A stretch of DNA of 31,406 bases, from contig JAQGDQ010001638.1 in NCBI GenBank assembly GCA_030141605.1, forward strand, positions 1-31,406, given 5' to 3'. The position numbers were made by a program, and so were the translations under genes. The notes under the pieces are model-generated. The model had not been told where the DNA came from. It saw only the letters and a program-made list of their open reading frames with translations, and did not search any database. This document shows positions 11,903-22,218 of this stretch, in pieces (positions within the stretch are counted from its first letter, which is position 1; every line of letters begins with the position of its first letter). This DNA comes from Tubiluchus corallicola. Its lineage: Eukaryota > Animalia > Priapulida.

Positions 11903-12317
11903 TCCATCCATCCGTCCGTCCGTCCATCCATCCATCTGTCCATCCATCCATCCATCCATCCATCCATCCATTAATCCATCCATCCATCCATTAATCCATC
12001 CATTAATCCATCCATCCATCCATCCATCCATCCATCCATTAATCCATCCGTCCATCCATCCATCCATCCATCCATCCATCCATCCATCCATCCATCCATC
12101 CATCCATCCATCCATCCATCCATTAATCCATCCATCCATCCATCCATTAATCCATCCATCCATCCATCCATTAATCCATCCATTAATCCATCCATTAATC
12201 CATCCATCCATTTATCCATCCATCCATCCATCCATCCATCCATCCATCCATCCATCCATCCATCCATCCATTAATCCATCCATCCATCCATTAATCCATC
12301 CATCCATCCATCCATTT

Positions 12318-12351
<34 letters not shown>

Positions 12352-12493
12352 CCATCCATCCATCCATCCATTAATCCATCCATCCATCCATTAATCCATC
12401 CATTAATCCATCCATTAATCCATCCATCCATCCATCCATCCATCCATCCATTCATCCATCCATCCATCCATCCATCCATCCATCCATCCATCC
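11903..12493. repeat. (CCAT)n microsatellite with ccattaat interruptions
   Basis: Direct reading; source of the MDGW ORFs. Confidence 0.98.
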
Positions 12494-13064
12494 CTCTAAG
12501 TGTTTCGTATTTAATTTTCATTTTGTTTCCGTACTCTCACGATGTACATAATATATTCACAAACTCATTGCATTATACACGTACAACATAGAGGGCTTCT
12601 TCAGACATACTCTGAGGAGAAAGTAATAATACGGAGCGTTAATGTAAAAATATGTTTGTTTTTCCTTTCTTGTCTTTCATATAACCGAAAGTCGTGTAAA
12701 TTATGCAGGATTATAGCAGACTTTGCGACAGTTTATTAACTTATTTAATGTCTCGACTGAGCGAGGAAGCCATGTGCTTTGATGACGTCATCGAGCTTAT
12801 GCATCATCCTGTTTTATTAACATGCGCGAGATGCGAGGCGATAAAAGAGAATTAAGGCGGTGAAAATGTTTGAGGGGGGAAAACATCGGCAAGATTAAAC
12901 GTCCATTTCAGATGCGAATTATGAAAATTTCAGTTTGATTGGGAAGCTGATGCTCTTATTACTGATGCTGAATTGGTTTTATTGACTGAGAGTGATAAAG
13001 GAGGATAAAGGGTACAATTAAGTAACACGTTCTGCATTAACAAACAACTACTAGTTTCCCTTAG

Positions 13065-13135
13065 ATTTCCTTTACTAATTAACTTGCTAATTAACTCGTT
13101 TTAAGTTAATTAGCAAGTTAATTAGTAAGGGAAAT
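13065..13135. repeat. Near-perfect palindrome: 32-bp arms, 7-nt loop
   Basis: atttcctttactaattaacttgctaattaact - cgtttta - agttaattagcaagttaattagtaagggaaat, with one G:T mismatch. Confidence 0.92.
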
Positions 13136-13479
13136 TAATATCAAACATCATCGTTGTAGTCATCAGTCAATTTTGTAACGTTTTGTTCGTTCGTTATTCC
13201 ATCCATCTCTATCCTTCACCAAATCAGTTAGAAATAGCTTTATTTGTTGATTTATTCGTGTAGTTATTTTGCTGGCACTTTCGTGCATAGTTTGGTGCTT
13301 CGTTTCTTCTGTCGTTTGTTTGTCTGTTTGTTCGTCTGTAGATTCACATTGAAACCGATTGGTTAATAGATAGATAAACTGATACAGATGCTGGTACAGC
13401 AGGTAAGCGCTAGTATGTGATAAAACATTTTTAAAACTCAGAGCCGATGATACCGATACCGATCCACTGTTACGAGTAA

Positions 13480-13597
13480 CTACGGCAAAATCACGTTGAA
13501 AACACCGGTTCTCGTCTGATCACCGAAGTTAAGCAACGTAGAGTCTGGGTAGTACTTGGATGGGTGACCGCCTAGAAATACCAGGTGCTGTAGGCTT
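13480..13597 (+). rRNA. 5S rRNA-derived head of the SINE (not a bona fide 5S gene)
   Basis: tcacgttgaaaacaccggttctcgtctgatcaccgaagttaagcaacg...agtacttggatgggtgaccgcctagaaataccaggtgctgtaggctt. A-box and C-box regions are recognisable. Confidence 0.88.
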
Positions 13598-13965
13598 GCG
13601 GGATCCCACACTGTATCTCGACACTAGGCGGAGGAGCTGCACAAGCAGCCATCGGCTAGACGGCAGAGGAGGTCAAGTGACCCAACGGTCATGTGTAGAG
13701 GAGTAAACATTTCAAATCAGGAGTGGACCAGTGCAGCATGCTCACTGACTCCGGCAGCTCCTGCAGCCAACCTGATGCCAAACGTATCGCTCCGCTTTCC
13801 TTTGGACTACACCAGGGAGGAAGAGAGGGGGTTCCTTTTGTCTGGGCAACTCAGGATCTCCATACACCTTGCCCAGGCGTGCGCCCTGGAGACGTTCAAG
13901 GATCGGACTCTCTTGGCGCACACTCCATTGTCTTCCGAGACACAAGGATGCCAACAACAACAACA
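13480..13965 (+). mobile_element. 5S rRNA-derived SINE (SINE3) with RTE-like body, copy 1
   Basis: 5S head at 13480-13597 with no oligo-T terminator. ~350-bp GC-rich body shared with 16087-16626. (CAA)n tail. 8-bp TSD acgagtaa at 13472-13479 and 13966-13973. Confidence 0.9.
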
Positions 13966-14246
13966 ACGAGTAATAGTTATATTTTTGCACGAAAATACGT
14001 TTTTAATTAAGACGCGTTGCTGTGCTACTCTTAACCTTTGACCTGCAGCAACTGCGCATGCGCACAACGAAACTGAAAAGGCTTATTACTGATGATCCGT
14101 TTGTTTTGCTTCGATTCAATTTTGTCCACATCAGGGGTGAGCAAAAACACCCCAACAGCCGTATAACAGAAACGATCTCTAGTACATTTTATTTTTTTAA
14201 ATAAAAAGCCAAATTTACTAAATTAAAAATTATGAATTTTTTTTCC

Positions 14247-14567
14247 AAATTAACTGGCAATTAACGATTTCATTAATTAGATTATGACCGCGAACGTCAA
14301 AATGTTCGCAAACCATTGCGGTTTGTTCTATAACAACTTAATACCCACTGCGGCTAAGGAGATGAATGTTCTGTCATGTTAGAATTGGTAGCTGAACTGG
14401 CAGAGCATGGGAAAGCTAATTCCAGGTCTCGGGTTCAAATCCCGACTAGGTCACAAATTTTCAGCTTCTCCTTTCTTTCTTCAACTCGTCACCCACAATG
14501 GTTTACGAACATTCTGACATTTGTAGTCATAATCTAATTAATGAAATCGTTAATTGGCAGTTAATTT
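14247..14567. mobile_element. Foldback/MITE-like element with ~75-bp TIRs enclosing a tRNA-like sequence
   Basis: aaattaactggcaattaacgatttcattaattagattatgac... (14247-14321) is the near reverse complement of 14493-14567. Confidence 0.8.
14382..14453 (+). tRNA. tRNA-like (pseudo-tRNA) cloverleaf, GCT at the anticodon position
   Basis: A box tagctgaactgg, B box ggttcaaatcc, perfect T-stem tcggg/cccga and anticodon stem tggga/ttcca. The acceptor stem is imperfect and the anticodon loop is non-canonical (aagctaa). Confidence 0.6.
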
Positions 14568-15139
14568 AACTACCTAAAATATCCTAGTGTGAAATTTTCA
14601 ACATTGTCTAATATTATGGAGAGCAATCATGCATTTCAAATTTGCTCTCAAATGCTACAAACTTTTCAAAACTAACAGAAGTTTCATTAATGCTTACTAT
14701 TCGCTTTAAATATCAAATGTAAAACCACTTTTTCAATGGCATAAAGTTAGTAACACTATTTTGCATACTAATATGATCCACCTGTGATAAATTCTTGAAA
14801 ATAATAATGAATGGACTGTAAATTTTATTATTTTCTGCTTACATATTTTTTGTATTAATCATTGTATTTATTGTCAATAAACTATACTAATAGTTGTTAA
14901 AACTGTTACAATTATAACTGCATGGGCTGCAATGCATTGTCAAGTGTACACAAATGTTCTCTGGCACACTTAACCACTGATCTACAGCAACTGCATGTGC
15001 ACACTACAAAACTGTGCAAAGTATTCTTATCTTATCCAACTGGATAAATACGCTTGGAGTTGAAAAGTAGAGGAAGACGACGAATTTCTGGATTTTTCTG
15101 CCTTATTTTGGAAATTTTTACCCTTACTACCTCTTTTAG

Positions 15140-15331
15140 TGGGATCTGGTGTGTGACAGAAGTATATACGTGGAGCTGTCATCAACCATGTTCTTTGCTG
15201 GCAAGCTGGTTGGGGCTCTAGTGATCTCAACAATATCGGATCTCATTTTGCTACTTCTGGTTGGTGTATTACAGATCTTTTCACCGGGGTACATCATGTA
15301 TGCTTTGATGAGGTTCTTTACAGCCGTCTTT
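15140..15331 (+). pseudogene. Orphan exon fragment of an SLC22/organic cation transporter-like MFS gene
   Basis: After the acceptor ctcttttag| it reads WDLVCDRSIYVELSSTMFFAGKLVGALVISTISD-LILLLLVGVLQIFSPGYIMYALMRFFTAVF. This covers the SLC22 WDLVC signature and TM2-TM4, but the D-R-x-G-R-R/K motif A is missing. The frame runs to a stop at 15388. Confidence 0.8.
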
Positions 15332-16086
15332 GACCTTTTCACGATCATCATCAAATTCCATTTTGCAATGAATTCCATTTTGATGTAAATAAGAATTGTC
15401 TATTTCTACGTGTATCTATGTATCGATCTTTGCAAACACGTCGTGGGACGACGCGGCTAAACTCTCATTTGTAAGCGTCGCTTACGTGATTCACATCACC
15501 CACTTTGAATTCGATTTAAAACAGAGAGACCCATTTACTGCATCAGATGATGATTCAAGTGTAAGATGCGGCGATTCAATTTTCTACTTTATTTACCCAC
15601 CGTGTTTGATGGAGGAAAGTTTTTATCGAAACGGTTGATTATTCGTGCAGTTTTGCTGCAAAGATTTCCGCTGTTCAATAGGCAGAGACCGAAAAGCAAA
15701 CACTTCCGATAAACAGCGAGAATAAGGGAAATCTATATTGCGTTATTCAGTTCATTGTTTAATAAGTTTTATTGCTTACTGTCTACGTGCAGCGCGCCAA
15801 GGACTTCAGGGTCAAAAACTCAAGCAAGCAAAACGAGTTTTGTGCGCATGCGTTGATAAACGCGATATCTTATCTGCACCTAACGAAATAGGATGATTTT
15901 TCATTTCGGCAGGAATCTAATTGAAGATTAATAAACTGATAAACACTTCCGGCTAGCAGAATAATCTCTAAAGGAAGGCAAATTAATTTTACAGAATAAA
16001 TGTTAAAATGTATACTTTTACATGCATAAAATGTATCCTTGAAAATAGGGTAGTATATATATTTTTTTGTTTATTAGACAAAACAC

Positions 16087-16626
16087 TGGTTGTTGGCATC
16101 CTTCTGTCTCGGAAGACAATGGAATGTGCGCCAAGAGAGTCAGTTACTGATCACATTGATGGAGCTGCAGCGTCAACTGTGGCTGAGCAGTGCGATCCTT
16201 GAAAGTCTCCAGGGCGCATGCCTGGGCAAGGTGTATGGAGATCCTGAGTTGGCCAGACAACAGGAACCCCCTCTCTTCCTCCCTGGTGTAGTCCAAAGGA
16301 AAGCGGAGCGATACGTTTGGCACCAGGTTGGCTGCAGGAGCTGCCGGAGTCAGTGAGCATGCTGGACTGGTCCGCCTTCGGAGCTCCACTCCTGATTTGG
16401 AAGGTTTACTCCTCTATGCATGGCCATTGGGTCACTTGACCTCCTCCGCCCTCTAGCCGTTGGCTGCTTGTGCAGCTCCTCCGCCTAGTGTCGAAATACA
16501 GTGTGGGCATCCCGCAAGCCTACATCACCTGGTATTCCTAGGTCACCCATCCAAGTACTAACCAGGCTCTGCATTGCTTAACTTCGGTGATCAGACGAGA
16601 ACCGGTATTTTCAACGTGATTTGGCC
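16087..16626 (-). mobile_element. 5S rRNA-derived SINE (SINE3) with RTE-like body, copy 2 (longer variant)
   Basis: Reverse complement of copy 1 plus ~13-nt and ~51-nt extra segments. Short (CAA) tail. TSD ttagacaaaa(a)cac at 16074-16086 and 16627-16640. Confidence 0.9.
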
Positions 16627-16632
16627 TTAGAC
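16516..16632 (-). rRNA. 5S rRNA-derived head of SINE copy 2
   Basis: The reverse complement reads gtctaaggccaaatcacgttgaaaataccggttctcgtctgatcaccgaagttaagcaatg...ttggatgggtgacc...gtaggctt, with a 3-nt deletion after the C box. Confidence 0.85.
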
Positions 16633-16777
16633 AAAAACACCATTACAATTACATAAGATATACTAATAGTAAATACATATATATATATTGTATATATTTA
16701 GGTATACGCTACCTAAAATTATACAAACTGAAAACAAAAATTACTACAATTACTCGTCAAGCAGTCAATTATTAGTG

Positions 16778-17031
16778 AACAAATGATGTAACTGCTTGCA
16801 GCTGAGCTAAAAGCTGGAACTTGGAAAACACAGCTGCAATGCAGCTCAGCTGAAAGCTGGGACTTGGAAAACACAGCATGCATTGCAGCTGAGCTAAAAG
16901 CTGGAACTTGGAAAATACAGCTGCAATGCAGCTCAGCTGAAAGCTGGGACTTGGAAAACACAGCATGCATTGCAGTTGGGCTTTCCAAGTTACAGCTTTT
17001 AGCTCAGCTGCAAGCCGTTACATCATTTGTT
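16778..17031. mobile_element. Foldback element: ~50-bp terminal inverted repeats around an 87-bp x2 internal tandem
   Basis: aacaaatgatgtaactgcttgcagctgagctaaaagctggaacttggaaa versus tttccaagttacagcttttagctcagctgcaagccgttacatcatttgtt. Confidence 0.75.
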
Positions 17032-17039
17032 TGAAAAAG

Positions 17040-17493
17040 TTCGAAAAACCAATCAGAGCATTCGTAGTACGCTCTTTACTAACTAAAAGTATAGATTGCT
17101 TTATACTGTCAATAAGATCAATAATATCTTTGGTGAACCAGTGATGCACACTGGGAAGGTGAAATAAGTCTTTCAAACAGGTAAGCATAATGTTAGGTAA
17201 TGTAAGTTAGGTAATGAAAATTTTTTGGGTTATACTATAAGAGTAATTTTAGGACAAAGAGATTTTCCTTGGTTAGTTATTCTTATTGTTTGTTATTGAA
17301 ATGCTTTGTTATTTCAAACTTTACGCCATGACTTCTTTCAAACGATTTACCGTCATCACTGCAGCTTAAATTTACCATTTTCATACAGCGTTACTATTAA
17401 CTCAAGTTCTGTATGCAATAAGGTAGCATGTAATGCAAAAATTCAAGACGAATTTTTAACCTTGATTTATGAAGAATATTTTCTTGTGCTTGT
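17040..17493. mobile_element. Two fragments of old dispersed repeat family D (~17040-17230 forward, ~17330-17493 reverse)
   Basis: aatcagagcattcgtagt...tgtcaataagat...aagtctttcaaacaggtaagc matches 29215-29430. ...caagacgaattt...ttcttgtgctt matches the reverse complement of 28996-29100. Confidence 0.65.
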
Positions 17494-17992
17494 AGCTAAT
17501 AACGTCGCTTTCATTCACACTATATGTTACTTTTAAATACGAAATTAGTTGGAATTCGGTTTTATAAAATCTATCGGTTTTATGTTCGGTGATAATCAGT
17601 CGGCATCTAGATGTTCGCAAGCATTAATGATATATCAACATTAACCATGACGATAATGTGAAGCATTAATGAAATATAAACATTAATCACGACCATAACG
17701 CGATGATTTGATAACTGTGTTTGCTAATCAGAGGGTACGAGTTCGATACCCAGTAAATGTCCCCAAACAATGCTAAACCGTTGCTAGTTAATGAATTGGT
17801 TTTGTTTCGTCCAGCAATTATCGGTCATTAACTACCGATCAGAAGTCACAAGGGACGCAGTAGAGCTTAGGTACGTTTACACAAAACAAAGATTTCATGT
17901 GAGTTCAACGCCATCACACTGATTAATTTTACTAATTAAACACAGAGATGTTATACAGATTGATGAGTATCAAGCTTCTGAAAAATAACCCA

Positions 17993-18109
17993 CTACTACT
18001 GCTGCTGCTGCTGCTACTGCTGCTGCTGCTGCTACTGCTACTGCTACTGCTGCTACTGCTACTACTACTGCTACTACTACTACTACTACTACTACTAGTA
18101 CTACTACTA
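17993..18109. repeat. (CTG/CTA)n microsatellite
   Basis: Direct reading. Confidence 0.97.
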
Positions 18110-19570
18110 GCCCACCCAAGATTATCTATCCAGCAAAATGTGGATAGTCAAACATAAAACTGATTTGAGACTGTTAAGTTTACAGCCAACCCACTGTCAA
18201 GATTATCTACCCAGCAAAATGTGGATAGTCAAACATAAAACTGATTTGAGACTGTTAAGTTTACAGCCAACCCACTGTCAAGATTATCTACCCAGCAAAA
18301 TGTGGATAGTCAAACATAAAACTGATTTGAGACTATTAAATTTACAGCCCACCCACTGCCAAGATTATCTACCCAGCAAAATGTGGATAGTCAAACATAA
18401 AACTGATTTGAGACTGTTAAGTTTACAGCCCACCCACTGTCAAGATTATCCATCCAGCAAAATGTGGATAGTCAAACATAAAACTGATTTGAGACTGTTA
18501 AGTTTACAGCCAACCCACTGTCAAGATTATCTACCCAGCAAAATGTGGATAGTCAAACATAAAACTGATTTGAGACTGTTAAATTTACAGCCCACCCACT
18601 GCCAAGATTATCTACCCAGCAAAATGTGGATAGTCAAACATAAAACTGATTTGAGACTGTTAAATTTACAGCCCACCCACTGTCAAGATTATCTATCCAG
18701 CAAAATGTGGACAGTCAAACACAAAACTGATTTAAGACTGTTAAGTTTACAGCCCACCCACTGTCAAGATTATCTACCCAGCAAAATGTGGATAGTCAAA
18801 CACAAAACTGATTTCAGACGGTTAAATTTACAGCCCACCCACTGTCAAGATTATCTATCCAGCAAAATGTGGATAGTCAAACATAAAACTGATTTGAGAC
18901 TGTTAAGTTTACAGCCCACCCACTGTCAAGATTATCTACCAAGCAAAATGTGGACAGTCAAACATAAAACTGATTTGAGACTGTTAAGTTTACAGCCAAC
19001 CCACTGTCAAGATTATCTACCCAGCAAAATGTGGATAGTCAAACATAAAACTGATTTGAGACTGTTAAATTTACAGCCCACCCACTGCTAAGATTATCTA
19101 CCCAGCAAAATGTGGATAGTCAAACATAAAACTGATTTGAGACTGTTAAATTTACAGCCCACCCACTGTGAAGATTATCTATCCAGCAAAATGTGGACAG
19201 TCAAACACAAAACTGATTTAAGACTGTTAAGTTTACAGCCCACCCACTGTCAAGATTATCTATCCAGCAAAATGTGGACAGTCAAACACAAAACTGATTT
19301 AAGACTGTTAAGTTTACAGCCCACCCACTGTCAAGATTATCTATCCAGCAAAATGTGGATAGTCAAACATAAAACTAGTTTAAGACTGTTAAGTTTACAG
19401 CCCACCCACTGTCAAGATTATCCATCCAGCAAAATGTGGATAGTCAAACATAAAACTGATTTGAGACTGTTAAGTTTACAGCCCACCCACTGTCAATATT
19501 ATCCATCCAGCAAAATGTGGATAGTCAAACATAAAACTGATTTGAGACTGCTAAGTTTACAGCCCACCCA
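18110..19570. repeat. 81-bp minisatellite (18 copies)
   Basis: atgtgg recurs every 81 bp from 18138 to 19515. This explains the 27-aa periodic ORFs 18138..19091 and 19110..19679. Confidence 0.98.
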
Positions 19571-20199
19571 CCTACCACCCACCATACAAAATTTATTGTT
19601 TCCATGCGAGCTAATTTTACCACCGGACATGGCTAAACAAGAGAGCATCTCGGCACATTTCCCGAGGCAAGTTCACTAGTTTAAAACTAATTATTGCACA
19701 AACAAACAAACATTCATGTGTTTCTTGGTTTACTGCTAATTTTGTTTTTAATTTAAGAAACTCTGTAGACGCACGTGCGTCAGTGCGTCCCCTACCGGTG
19801 GCCGTGATAAACTTAAACTTAATGTATTTTTCAGAACATTTTCAGTCAACGTAGTGAGCATGCGCACAACTGCCTACTAATGAATAGCGTGTCAAGTCTG
19901 TTTATAATTTCGCACGTCGAAATGTGCAATAAGTTTGAATATTTTATGAGAATTTGTCGCCTATGCGTGATGCGTGCCCCGCGATAGAAAGATCGCGTAG
20001 ATCACGTGACTGGACTGGCCAATGAAATCTTGAAATAAATGAACAGAAGTCGGCTGAGATAAGGCTGAAATTAATGCTGTCTGTAGCGATGGGATTCGAG
20101 TAAAAATTGAGAAGGAAGAAAAATGGTGACAAAATGGCTTAGAGCAAAACCGGATCCAATGTTAAATTGCAGGTCAAAACAATCTACTCTTTAAAATAT

Positions 20200-20716
20200 T
20201 GAAAGGAAACATACTATTTTTTAAAGAATGACTCACGTGAGAGAATTATTACCACACAAGCACAATTACACGTTCGTGCCACTAGCTAGGCCTGCATTTC
20301 GGAAACGCATTGCACAAAAACAGGTGCTGTACCTCTCAGTTCAAATGTGTTAGTTTGTGACGAACGGCACACGTTCGATAGCTCAACGTGAGTACAGCAG
20401 TAAATTTGAAATTTGAATTTTTATCTTAAAACTTTTCTAGTTTTTAGTACAACACACTGATTATCTTGCAGTAGCACTGTACTTCAATTTTTGCTTGCGC
20501 AAACACGTGCAACACGCTCCTGGAATATTTTTGCAGCAGAAAATTATGTTAGTTTGTGATGTCATCTATAACTGGGCTCGCCTGCCGTCAATAAAGTTTT
20601 TAATCTATTATTTTATTACCAAAAACGCTTTTGCAGCATATTTGTGTTAAAATGTGAGCTTTTTGACTGACTTGAAAATGTGGAAGTACATGAAAAATCA
20701 TCCTCTCTTCTTTTAA
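20200..20716 (+). mobile_element. Family C dispersed repeat, copy 2
   Basis: Colinear with 10064-10606; ends ...ctcttctt|ttaa. Confidence 0.7.
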
Positions 20717-20899
20717 GTCTTGAACTTAATTCATTACACACGAGTTACAAATATAATAGCTACTAGCGAGATGAACTTTATTTTTGATATCTGCTGTACT
20801 CAAATATTGATGTAAGTGCTAATGAACTATTGTGCAAAAATCAATATTGAAATGCGAGCAACAGAAGACAATTGTTAGAAGAAAAGGAAATTTTATATT

Positions 20900-20964
20900 A
20901 CATCACAAAAAACTTCCCATACAAAGTTTTATTGCCATTATGCTTACCTGTTTGAAAGAAGTTA

Positions 20965-21008
<44 letters not shown>

Positions 21009-21141
21009 GATGATAATGATGAGGATGATGATGATGAAGATGAAGATGATGATGATGATGATGATGATGATGAAGATGATGGGGATGGTGATGATGATGA
21101 TGGTGGTGGTGGTGGTGATGATGATGATGGTGATGATGATG

Positions 21142-21191
<50 letters not shown>

Positions 21192-21295
21192 GATGATAAT
21201 GATGAGGATGATGATGATGAAGATGAAGATGATGATGATGATGATGAAGATGATGATGATGGTGATGGTGATGATGATGATGGTGGTGGTGGTGG

Positions 21296-21383
<88 letters not shown>

Positions 21384-21412
21384 GATGATGCGGATGGTGA
21401 TGATGATGATGA

Positions 21413-21443
<31 letters not shown>

Positions 21444-21445
21444 TA

Positions 21446-21492
<47 letters not shown>

Positions 21493-22195
21493 TAACAATA
21501 ACAATAACAATAACAATAACAATAACAATAACAATAACAATAACAATAACAATAACAATAACAATAACAATAACAATAACAATAACAATAACAATAACAA
21601 TAACAATAACAATAACAATAACAATAACAATAACAATAACAATAACAATAACAATAACAATAACAATAACAATAACAATAACAATAACAATAACAATAAT
21701 AATAATAATAATAATAACAATAATAACAATAATAATAATAATAATAATAATTATTATTATTATTATAGTAATAATAATGATAATATTAATTTATTAGTAA
21801 TTTAGTATATTAGTTTAAAATATAATAATAATAATAATAATAATTTAAAATATTCGTACCAACTGGTAAACAATGTATGACAAATGACAATCAGTAAGAC
21901 ATTATTGATCTTATTGACAATTTATACTTTATACTTAATTTATACATTTGCTGAGTTAGTGAAGTGTGTGCTGTGAATGCTCTGATTATATTTTCCATCT
22001 TTGCACACTGTTATCTAAACTAACCGTTAAAGTAGCTGCGCCTAACGGTCGTTGCAATTTAAAAATCGGAGTTAAAATTTTCAACTTTTCTACAACATTG
22101 CTGTGAATGCAAGCTGCGTAGGCAATAAGACAGCAAATAAAGTTTTGAGACGAATTGTTTAAACTTTATTTACGAAGTTTGTTCTTGTGCTTTAA
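20900..22195 (-). mobile_element. Family D element interrupted by a compound microsatellite
   Basis: ~20900-20960 (tgcttacctgtttgaaaga) and ~21840-22195 (...gttcttgtgct|ttaa) are reverse complements of adjacent parts of 28996-29460. Confidence 0.65.
20965..21843. repeat. Compound microsatellite (GAT/GGT)n-(AAT)n-(AACAAT)n-(AAT)n
   Basis: Direct reading. An internal ~180-bp duplication lies within the GAT block. Confidence 0.98.
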
Positions 22196-22218
22196 TGACG
22201 ACGGCTGCTTATCAGTCA

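Noticed and set aside
13480-13597. Functional 5S rRNA gene
   Set aside because: No oligo-T terminator, substitutions in stems, fused to a shared body with tail and TSD, and not in a tandem array.
13598-13760. HDV-like or hammerhead ribozyme in the SINE body (known from some RTE 5' ends)
   Set aside because: Only small hairpins (gctgc-acaa-gcagc) were seen, and I could not build the HDV nested pseudoknot or a CUGANGA/GAAA core by eye. An Infernal or RNArobo scan would decide.
13691-14067. Overlapping ORFs here and at 16008-16389
   Set aside because: By-products of the GC-rich SINE body; frames are not preserved between the two copies.
17725-17765. B-box-like gagttcgatacc (possible tRNA-SINE remnant)
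   Set aside because: No A box or cloverleaf and no second copy in the window.
18138-19679. 317-aa and 189-aa ORFs with 27-aa repeats
   Set aside because: 81-bp minisatellite; one unit contains an in-frame stop (19089-19091), and there is no unique coding context.
20832-21729. Poly-D/M/H/L ORFs (likewise MDGW ORFs at 11888-12521 and ORFs at 24435-24902 and 27944-28379)
   Set aside because: Microsatellite artefacts.
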